From assembly GCA_964057225.1 (NCBI GenBank), contig OZ059899.1:10416001-10480000 (forward strand): a stretch of DNA of 64,000 nt, written 5' to 3'. The notes beneath the pieces were generated by a model. It was not told where the DNA came from, searched no databases, and saw only the letters and a list, made by a program, of their open reading frames with translations. Origin of the DNA: Auanema rhodensis. Taxonomy: Eukaryota; Animalia; Nematoda. Both the position numbers and the translations under genes were made by a program. This document shows, piece by piece, positions 1-9,991 of this stretch. How positions within the stretch are numbered: position 1 is the first letter of the stretch; each line of letters begins with the position of its first letter.

Positions 1-412
1 ATATCCAATTTAAACTTATACATTTACTTCGATAAAGAGCCTATTAGTTTGAAATTTTATGTCTTACAGTTCTCCAACAGAACAGACTGATCCTGATTTC
101 TCTATGATTATATAAAACTCTCGTTTGATATAAAAAAAGAAGAGGAATAACGTTTCCAGGATGTCAATGATATCGAATCTAGTGATATTGTAGAAAAATG
201 TAATGTCAGCTTCATAGGTTTTCTCTTAATTTCTCTCATCACAATTGTCTTAGTTTTTTTTCTCATAAGAGTTTCTGAAATCTTAGGTGAACAAGGCCGT
301 ATATATTTTTTTCTGGAATTCGAAAGCATTTGGGATGGAAATTAGAAAGAAAAGAACTAGTTTTTCCTACTTTAAAACGAACAATAAGAAATAAAATAAA
401 AAAGATTGTTAG
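1..412 (+). repeat. Representative short (tRNA-deleted) monomer, 412 bp
   Basis: Contains GAACAA-GGCCG joined directly to TATATATTTTTTTCTGGAATTC. GGCCG at 295-299 is tRNA nt 1-5. Confidence 0.97.
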
Positions 413-2348
413 ATATCCAATTTAAACTTATACATTTACTTCGATAAAGAGCCTATTAGTTTGAAATTTTATGTCTTACAGTTCTCCAACAGAACAGACT
501 GATCCTGATTTCTCTATGATTACATAAAACTCTCGTTTGATATACAAAAAGGAGAGGAATAACGTTTCCAGGATATCAATGATATCGAATCTAGTGATAT
601 TGTAGAAAAATGTAATGTCAGCTCCATAGTTTTTCTCTAAATTTCTCTCATCACAATAGTCTTATTTTTTTTTCATAAGAGTTTCTGAAATCTTAGTTGA
701 ACAAGGCCGTATATATTTTTTTCTGGAATTCGAAAGCATTTGGGATGGATATTAGAAGGAAAAGAACTAGTTTTTCCTACTTTAAAACAAACAATAAGAA
801 ATAAAATAAAAAAGATTGTTAGATATCCAATTTAAACTTATACATTTACTTCGATAAAGAGCCTATTAGTTTGAAATTTTATGTCTTACAGTTCTCCAAC
901 AGAACAGACTGATCCTGATTTCTCTATGATTACATAAAACTCTCGTTTGATATACAAAAAGGAGAGGAATAACGTTTCCAGGATATCAATGATATCGAAT
1001 CTAGTGATATTGTAGAAAAATGTAATGTCAGCTCCATAGTTTTTCTCTAAATTTCTCTCATCACAATAGTCTTATTTTTTTTTCATAAGAGTTTCTGAAA
1101 TCTTAGTTGAACAAGGCCGTATATATTTTTTTCTGGAATTCGAAAGCATTTGGAATGGATATTAGAAGGAAAAGAACTAGTTTTTCCTACTTTAAAACAA
1201 ACAATAAGAAATAAAATAAAAAAGATTGTTAGATATCCAATTTAAACTTATACATTTACTTCGATAAAGAGCCTATTAGTTTGAAATTTTATGTCTTACA
1301 GTTCTCCAACAGAACAGACTGATCCTGATTTCTCTATGATTACATACAATTCTCGTTTGATATAAAAAAAGAAGAGGAATAACGTTTCCAGGATGTCAAT
1401 GATATCGAATCTAGTGATATTGTAAAAAAATGTAATGTCAGCTCCATAGGTTTTCTCTTAATTTCTCTCATCACAATTGTCTTAGTTTTTTTTCTCATAA
1501 GAGTTTCTGAAATCTTAGGTGAACAAGGCCGTATATATTTTTTTCTGGAATTCGAAAGCATTTGGGATGGACATTAGAAAGAAAAGAACTAGTTTTTCCT
1601 ACTTTAAAACGAACAATAAGAAATAAAATAAAAAAGATTGTTAGATATCCAATTTAAACTTATACATTTACTTCGATAAAGAGCCTATTAGTTTGAAATT
1701 TTATGTCTTACAGTTCTCCAACAGAACAGACTGATCCTGATTTCTCTATGATTATATAAAACTCTCGTTTGATATAAAAAAAGAAGAGGAATAACGTTTC
1801 CAGGATGTCAATGATATCGAATCTAGTGATATTGTAGAAAAATGTAATGTCAGCTCCATAGGTTTTCTCTTAATTTCTCTCATCACAATTGTCTTAGTTT
1901 TTTTTCTCATAAGAGTTTCTGAAATCTTAGGTGAACAAGGCCGTATATATTTTTTTCTGGAATTCGAAAGCATTTGGGATGGAAATTAGAAAGAAAAGAA
2001 CCAGTTTTTCCTACTTTAAAACAAACAATAAGAAATAAAATAAAAAAGATTGTTAGATATCCAATTTAAACTTATACATTTACTTCGATAAAGAGCCTAT
2101 TAGTTTGAAATTTTATGTCTTACAGTTCTCCAACAGAACAGACTGATCCTGATTTCTCTATGATTACATAAAACTCTCGTTTGATATACAAAAAGGAGAG
2201 GAATAACGTTTCCAGGATATCAATGATATCGAATCTAGTGATATTGTAGAAAAATGTAATGTCAGCTCCATAGTTTTTCTCTAAATTTCTCTCATCACAA
2301 TAGTCTTATTTTTTTTTCATAAGAGTTTCTGAAATCTTAGTTGAACAA

Positions 2349-2421
2349 GGCCGCGTGGCGCAATGGATAACGCGTCTGCCTACGGAGCAGAAGATTGTAG
2401 GTTCGAATCCTGCCGTGGTCG
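2349..2421 (+). tRNA. tRNA-Arg(ACG), copy 1
   Basis: GGCCGCGTGGCGCAATGGATAACGCGTCTGCCTACGGAGCAGAAGATTGTAGGTTCGAATCCTGCCGTGGTCG, 73 nt. Acceptor GGCCGCG/CGTGGTC, D stem GCG/CGC, anticodon stem TCTGC/GCAGA with loop CT-ACG-GA, T stem GTAGG/CCTGC with loop TTCGAAT. Has the D-loop A20 Arg identity element and G73; no encoded CCA. Confidence 0.97.
2356..2410 (+). promoter_or_regulatory. Pol III type-2 internal promoter: A box TGGCGCAATGG (2356-2366) and B box GGTTCGAATCC (2400-2410); present in all tRNA copies, B box mutated in the copy at 48200
   Basis: Matches the TRGCNNARYGG and GGTTCGANTCC consensus sequences. Confidence 0.9.
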
Positions 2422-2425
2422 TAAA

Positions 2426-2432
2426 TTTTTTT
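2426..2432 (+). terminator. Pol III oligo-T terminator (T7) 4 nt after the tRNA; an equivalent T7-T8 run follows every copy
   Basis: ...GGTCG TAAA TTTTTTT C. Confidence 0.85.
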
Positions 2433-4602
2433 CATTTGACTTGTCATTTACAAAAATCAAATTTATCTTCTTCAACGATTATTTTTGCAATGTGTCATGA
2501 AAATTTCACAGTTGAACAAAACGTTTTTTAAGAATTTTTTTTGTTGTCAACATATATATTTTCCTGGAATTCGAAAGCATTTGGGATGGAAATTAGAAAG
2601 AAAAGAACTAGTTTTTCCTATTTTAAAACAAACAAAAAAAAATAAAATGAAAAAGATTGTTAGATATCCAATTTAAACTTATACATTTACTTCGATAAAG
2701 AGCCTATTAGTTTGAAATTTTATGTCTTACAGTTCTCCAACAGAACAGACTGATCCTGATTTCTCTATGATTACATAAAACTCTCGTTTGATGTGAAAAA
2801 AGAAGAGGAATAACGTTTCCAGGATGTCAATGATATCGAATCTAGTGATATTGTAAAAAAATGTAATGTCAGCTCCATAGGTTTTCTCTTAATTTCTCTC
2901 ATCACAATTGTCTTAGTTTTTTTTCTCATAAGAGTTTCTGAAATCTTAGGTGAACAAGGCCGTATATATTTTTTTCTGGAATTCGAAAGCATTTGGGATG
3001 GAAATTAGAAAGAAAAGAACCAGTTTTTCCTACTTTAAAACAAACAATAAGAAATAAAATAAAAAAGATTGTTAGATATCCAATTTAAACTTATACATTT
3101 ACTTCGATAAAGAGCCTATTAGTTTGAAATTTTATGTCTTACAGTTCTCCAACAGAACAGACTGATCCTGATTTCTCTATGATTATATAAAACTCTCGTT
3201 TGATATAAAAAAAGAAGAGTAATAACGTTTCCAGGATGTCAATGATATCGAATCTAGTGATATTGTAGAAAAATGTAATGTCAGCTCCATAGGTTTTCTC
3301 TTAATTTCTCTCATCACAATTGTCTTAGTTTTTTTTCTCATAAGAGTTTCTGAAATCTTAGGTGAACATGGCCGTATATATTTTTTTCTGGAATTCGAAA
3401 GCATTTGGGATGGAAATTAGAAAGAAAAAAACTAGTTTTTCCTACTTTAAAACAAACAATAAGAAATAAAATAAAAAAGATTGTTAGATATCCAATTTAA
3501 ACTTATACATTTACTTCGATAAAGAGCCTATTAGTTTGAAATTTTATGTCTTACAGTTCTCCAACAGAACAGACTGATCCTGATTTCTCTATGATTACAT
3601 AAAACTCTCGTTTGATATAAAAAAAGAAGAGGAATAACGTTTCCAGGATGTCAATGATATCGAATCTAGTGATATTGTAGAAAAATGTAATGTCAGCTCC
3701 ATAGGTTTTCTCTTAATTTCTCTCATCACAATTGTCTTAGTTTTTTTCTCATAAGAGTTTCTGAAATCTTAGGTGAACAAGGCCGTATATATTTTTTTCT
3801 GGAATTCGAAAGCATTCGGGATGGAAATTAGAAGGAAAAGAACTAGTTTTTCCTACTTTAAAACAAACAATAAGAAATAAAATAAAAAAGATTGTAAGAT
3901 ATCCAATTTAAACTTATACATTTACTTTGATAAAGAGCCTATTAGTTTGAAATTTTATGTCTTACAGTTCTCCAACAGAACAGACTGATCCTGATTTCTC
4001 TATGATTACATAAAACTCTCGTTTGATATAAAAAAAGAAGAGGAATAACGTTTCCAGGATGTCAATGATATCGAATCTAGTGATATTGTAGAAAAATGTA
4101 ATGTCAGCTCCATAGGTTTTCTCTTAATTTCTCTCATCACAATTGTCTTAGTTTTTTTTCTCATTAGAGTTTCTGAAATCTTAGGTGAACAAGGCCGTAT
4201 ATATTTTTTTCTGGAATTCGAAAGCATTTGGGATGGACATTAGAAGGAAAAGAACTAGTTTTTCCTACTTTAAAACAAACAATAAGAAATAAAATAAAAA
4301 AGATTGTTAGATATCCAATTTAAACTTATACATTTACTTCGATAAAGAGCCTATTAGTTTGAAATTTTATGTCTTACAGTTCTCCAACAGAACAGACTGA
4401 TCCTGATTTCTCTATGATTACATAAAACTCTCGTTTGATATACAAAAAGGAGAGGAATAACGTTTCCAGGATATCAATGATATCGAATCTAGTGATATTG
4501 TAGAAAAATGTAATGTCAGCTCCATAGTTTTTCTCTAAATTTCTCTCATCACAATAGTCTTATTTTTTTTTCATAAGAGTTTCTGAAATCTTAGTTGAAC
4601 AA

Positions 4603-4675
4603 GGCCGCGTGGCGCAATGGATAACGCGTCTGCCTACGGAGCAGAAGATTGTAGGTTCGAATCCTGCCGTGGTCG
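4603..4675 (+). tRNA. tRNA-Arg(ACG), copy 2
   Basis: Identical to the 73-nt copy 1. Confidence 0.96.
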
Positions 4676-6036
4676 TAAATTTTTTTCATTTCACTTGTCA
4701 TTTACAAAAATCAAATTTATCTTCTTCAACGATTATTTTTGCAATGTGTCATAAAAATTTCACAGTTGAACAAAACGTTTTTTAAGAATTTTTTTTGTTG
4801 TCAACATATATATTTTCCTGGAATTCGAAAGCATTTGGGATGGAAATTAGAAAGAAAAGAACTAGTTTTTCCTATTTTAAAACAAACAAAAAAAAATAAA
4901 ATGAAAAAGATTGTTAGATATCCAATTTAAACTTATACATTTACTTCGATAAAGAGCCTATTAGTTTGAAATTTTATGTCTTACAGTTCTCCAACAGAAC
5001 AGACTGATCCTGATTTCTCTATGATTATATAAAACTCTCGTTTGATATAAAAAAAGAAGAGGAATAACGTTTCCAGGATGTCAATGATATCGAATCTAGT
5101 GATATTGTAGAAAAATGTAATGTCAGCTCCATAGGTTTTCTCTTAATTTCTCTCATCACAATTGTCTTAGTTTTTTTTCTCATAAGAGTTTCTGAAATCT
5201 TAGGTGAACAAGGCCGTATATATTTTTTTCTGGAATTCGAAAGCATTTGGGATGGAAATTAGAAAGAAAAAAACTAGTTTTTCCTACTTTAAAACAAACA
5301 ATAAGAAATAAAATAAAAAAGATTGTTAGATATCCAATTTAAACTTATACATTTACTTCGATAAAGAGCCTATTAGTTTGAAATTTTATGTCTTACAGTT
5401 CTCCAACAGAACAGACTGATCCTGATTTCTCTATGATTATATAAAACTCTCGTTTGATATAAAAAAAGAAGAGGAATAACGTTTCCAGGATGTCAATGAT
5501 ATCGAATCTAGTGATATTGTAGAAAAATGTAATGTCAGCTCCATAGGTTTTCTCTTAATTTCTCTCATCACAATTGTCTTAGTTTTTTTTTCTCATAAGA
5601 GTTTCTGAAATCTTAGGTGAACAAGGCCGTATATATTTTTTTCTGGAATTCGAAAGCATTTGGGATGGAAATTAGAAAGAAAAGAACTAGTTTTTCCTAT
5701 TTTAAAACAAACAAAAAAAAATAAAATGAAAAAGATTGTTAGATATCCAATTTAAACTTATACATTTACTTCGATAAAGAGCCTATTAGTTTGAAATTTT
5801 ATGTCTTACAGTTCTCCAACAGAACAGACTGATCCTGATTTCTCTATGATTACATAAAACTCTCGTTTGATATAAAAAAAGAAGAGGAATAACGTTTCCA
5901 GGATGTCAATGATATCGAATCTAGTGATATTGTAGAAAAATGTAATGTCAGCTCCATAGGTTTTCTCTTAATTTCTCTCATCACAATAGTCTTAGTTTTT
6001 TTTCTCATAAGAGTTTCTGAAATCCTAGTTGAACAA

Positions 6037-6109
6037 GGCCGCGTGGCGCAATGGATAACGCGTCTGCCTACGGAGCAGAAGATTGTAGGTTCGAATCCTG
6101 CCGTGGTCG
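6037..6109 (+). tRNA. tRNA-Arg(ACG), copy 3
   Basis: Identical to copy 1. Confidence 0.96.
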
Positions 6110-6645
6110 TAAATTTTTTTCATTTCACTTGTCATTTACAAAAATCAAATTTATCTTCTTCAACGATTATTTTTGCAATGTGTCATAAAAATTTCACAGT
6201 TGAACAAAACGTTTTTTAAGAATTTTTTTTGTTGTCAACATATATATTTTCCTGGAATTCGAAAGCATTTGGGATGGAAATTAGAAAGAAAAGAACTAGT
6301 TTTTCCTATTTTAAAACAAACAAAAAAAAATAAAATGAAAAAGATTGTTAGATATCCAATTTAAACTTATACATTTACTTCGATAAAGAGCCTATTAGTT
6401 TGAAATTTTATGTCTTACAGTTCTCCAACAGAACAGACTGATCCTGATTTCTCTATGATTATATAAAACTCTCGTTTGATATAAAAAAAGAAGAGGAATA
6501 ACGTTTCCAGGATGTCAATGATATCGAATCTAGTGATATTGTAGAAAAATGTAATGTCAGCTCCATAGGTTTTCTCTTAATTTCTCTCATCACAATAGTC
6601 TTAGTTTTTTTTCTCATAAGAGTTTCTGAAATCCTAGTTGAACAA

Positions 6646-6718
6646 GGCCGCGTGGCGCAATGGATAACGCGTCTGCCTACGGAGCAGAAGATTGTAGGTT
6701 CGAATCCTGCCGTGGTCG
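6646..6718 (+). tRNA. tRNA-Arg(ACG), copy 4
   Basis: Identical to copy 1; directly adjacent long unit, 609 bp after copy 3. Confidence 0.96.
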
Positions 6719-8488
6719 TAAATTTTTTTCATTTCACTTGTCATTTACAAAAATCAAATTTATCTTCTTCAACGATTATTTTTGCAATGTGTCATAAAAA
6801 TTTCACAGTTGAACAAAACGTTTTTTAAGAATTTTTTTTGTTGTCAACATATATATTTTCCTGGAATTCGAAAGCATTTGGGATGGAAATTAGAAAGAAA
6901 AGAACTAGTTTTTCCTATTTTAAAACAAACAAAAAAGAATAAAATGAAAAAGATTGTTAGATATCCAATTTAAACTTATACAATTACTTCGATAAAGAGC
7001 CTATTAGTTTGAAATTTTATGTCTTACAGTTCTCCAACAGAACAGACTGATCCTGATTTTTCTATGATTACATAAAACTCTCGTTTGATATAAAAAAAGA
7101 AGAGGAATAACGTTTCCAGGATGTCAATGATATCGAATCTAGTGATATTGTAAAAAAATGTAATGTCAGCTCCATAGGTTTTTTCTTAATTTCTCTCATC
7201 ACAATTGTCTTAGTTTTTTTTCTCATAAGAGTTTCTGAAATTTTAGGTGAACAAAGCCGTATATATTTTTTTCTGGAATTCGAAAGCATTTGGGATGGAA
7301 ATTAGAAAAAAAAAGAACTAGTTTTTCCTACTTTAAAACAAACAATAAGAAATAAAATAAAAAAGATTGTTAGATATCCAATTTAAACTTATACATTTAC
7401 TTCGATAAAGAGCCTATTAGTTTGAAATTTTATGTCTTACAGTTCTCCAACAGAACAGACTGATCCTGATTTCTCTATGATTACATAAAACTCTCGTTTG
7501 ATATAAAAAAAGAAGAGGAATAACGTTTCCAGGATGTCAATGATATCGAATCTAGTGATATTGTAGAAAAAGGAAATGTCAGCTCCATAGGTTTTCTCTT
7601 AATTTCTCTCATCACAATTGTCTTAGTTTTTTTCTCATAAGAGTTTCTGAAATCTTAGGTGAACAAGGCCGTATATATTTTTTTCTGGAATTCGAAAGCA
7701 TTTGGGATGGAAATTAGAAGGAAAAGAACTAGTTTTTCCTACTTTAAAACAAACAATAAGAAATAAAATAAAAAAGATTGTTAGATATCCAATTTAAACT
7801 TATACATTTACTTTGATAAAGAGCCTATTAGTTTGAAATTTTATGTCTTACAGTTCTCCAACAGAACAGACTGATCCTGATTTCTCTATGATTACATAAA
7901 ACTCTCGTTTGATATAAAAAAAGAAGAGGAATAACGTTTCCAGGATGTCAATGATATCGAATCTAGTGATATTGTAGAAAAATGTAATGTCAGCTCCATA
8001 GGTTTTCTCTTAATTTCTCTCATCACAATTGTCTTAGTTTTTTTTCTCATTAGAGTTTCTGAAATCTTAGGTGAACAAGGCCGTATATATTTTTTTCTGG
8101 AATTCGAAAGCATTTGGGATGGACATTAGAAGGAAAAGAACTAGTTTTTCCTACTTTAAAACAAACAATAAGAAATAAAATAAAAAAGATTGTTAGATAT
8201 CCAATTTAAACTTATACATTTACTTTGATAAAGAGCCTATTAGTTTGAAATTTTATGTCTTACAGTTCTCCAACAGAACAGACTGATCCTGATTTCTCTA
8301 TGATTACATAAAACTCTCGTTTGATATACAAAAAGGAGAGGAATAACGTTTCCAGGATATCAATGATATCGAATCTAGTGATATTGTAGAAAAATGTAAT
8401 GTCAGCTCCATAGTTTTTCTCTAAATTTCTCTCATCACAATAGTCTTATTTTTTTTTCATAAGAGTTTCTGAAATCTTAGTTGAACAA

Positions 8489-8561
8489 GGCCGCGTGGCG
8501 CAATGGATAACGCGTCTGCCTACGGAGCAGAAGATTGTAGGTTCGAATCCTGCCGTGGTCG
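8489..8561 (+). tRNA. tRNA-Arg(ACG), copy 5
   Basis: Identical to copy 1. Confidence 0.96.
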
Positions 8562-9918
8562 TAAATTTTTTTCATTTCACTTGTCATTTACAAAAATCAA
8601 ATTTATCTTCTTCAACGATTATTTTTGCAATGTGTCATAAAAATTTCACAGTTGAACAAAACGTTTTTTAAGAATTTTTTTTGTTGTCAACATATATATT
8701 TTCCTGGAATTCGAAAGCATTTGGGATGGAAATTAGAAAGAAAAGAACTAGTTTTTCCTATTTTAAAACAAACAAAAAAAAATAAAATGAAAAAGATTGT
8801 TAGATATCCAATTTAAACTTATACATTTACTTCGATAAAGAGCCTATTAGTTTGAAATTTTATGTCTTACAGTTCTCCAACAGAACAGACTGATCCTGAT
8901 TTCTCTATGATTATATAAAACTCTCGTTTGATATAAAAAAAGAAGAGGAATAACGTTTCCAGGATGTCAATGATATCGAATCTAGTGATATTGTAGAAAA
9001 ATGTAATGTCAGCTCCATAGGTTTTCTCTTAATTTCTCTCAACACAATTGTCTTAGTTTTTTTCTCATAAGAGTTTCTGAAATCTTAGGTGAACAAGGCC
9101 GTATATATTTTTTTCTGGAATTCGAAAGCATTTGGGATGGAAATTAGAAAGAAAAGAACTAGTTTTTCCTACTTTAAAACAAACAATAAGAAATAAAATA
9201 AAAAAGATTGTTAGATATCTAATTTAAACTTATACATTTACTTCGATAAAGAGCCTATTAGTTTGAAATTTTATGTCTTACAGTTCTCCAACAGAACAGA
9301 CTGATCCTGATTTCTCTATGATTACATAAAACTCTCGTTTGATATAAAAAAAGAAGAGGAATAACGTTTCCAGGATGTCAATGATATCGAATCTAGTGAT
9401 ATTGTAGAAAAATGTAATGTCAGCTCCATAGGTTTTCTCTTAATTTCTCTCATCACAATTGTCTTAGTTTTTTTTCTCATTAGAGTTTCTGAAATCTTAG
9501 GTGAACAAGGCCGTATATATTTTTTTCTGGAATTCGAAAGCATTTGGGATGGACATTAGAAGGAAAAGAACTAGTTTTTCCCATTTTAAAACAAACAATA
9601 AGAAATAAAATAAAAAAGATTGTTAGATATCTAATTTAAACTTATACATTTACTTCGATAAAGAGCCTATTAGTTTGAAATTTTATGTCTTACAGTTCTC
9701 CAACAGAACAGACTGATCCTGATTTCTCTATGATTACATAAAACTCTCGTTTGATATACAAAAAGGAGAGGAATAACGTTTCCAGGATATCAATGATATC
9801 GAATCTAGTGATATTGTAGAAAAATGTAATGTCAGCTCCATAGTTTTTCTCTAAATTTCTCTCATCACAATAGTCTTATTTTTTTTTCATAAGAGTTTCT
9901 GAAATCTTAGTTGAACAA

Positions 9919-9991
9919 GGCCGCGTGGCGCAATGGATAACGCGTCTGCCTACGGAGCAGAAGATTGTAGGTTCGAATCCTGCCGTGGTCG
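9919..9991 (+). tRNA. tRNA-Arg(ACG), copy 6
   Basis: Identical to copy 1. Confidence 0.96.

Larger units (their letters stand above)
2057..2663 (+). repeat. Representative long (tRNA-bearing) monomer, 607 bp
   Basis: Same backbone as the 410-bp short unit plus a segment at about 2354-2552 (tRNA nt 6-73 and about 130 bp of 3' trailer). Confidence 0.97.

Noticed and set aside
95-282. Possible C/D-box snoRNA upstream of the tRNA (ATGATTA at 104, CTGA at 275, flanking GATTTC/GAAATC)
   Set aside because: Box C is non-canonical, the terminal stem is out of register for a K-turn, and no recognisable rRNA guide is visible. An Infernal/snoscan search would be needed to revive it.
108-329. Repeated 73-aa minus-strand ORF (MLSNSRKKYIRPCSP...)
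   Set aside because: It spans the deletion junction, is broken by homopolymer length changes in many units, and shows no recognisable domain. It is a by-product of the repeat.
153-345. Plus-strand stop-free stretch after a TTTCCAG acceptor-like site, encoding a hydrophobic segment (…IGFLLISLITIVLVFFLIRV…)
   Set aside because: The hydrophobicity follows from T-richness. The frame crosses the derived junction and is shifted in 410/411-bp units, and there is no upstream exon evidence.
2511-2551. Imperfect hairpin GTTGAACAAAA...TTTTGTTGTCAAC next to the distal deletion breakpoint
   Set aside because: It is short, bulged and AT-rich, so plausible by chance. It is also disrupted in three copies.
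2485-2676. Repeated 63-aa plus-strand ORF (MQCVIKISQL...)
   Set aside because: It has a TTG start, a K/F-rich composition from A/T tracts, and frameshifts in several copies, and it lies in the tRNA trailer.
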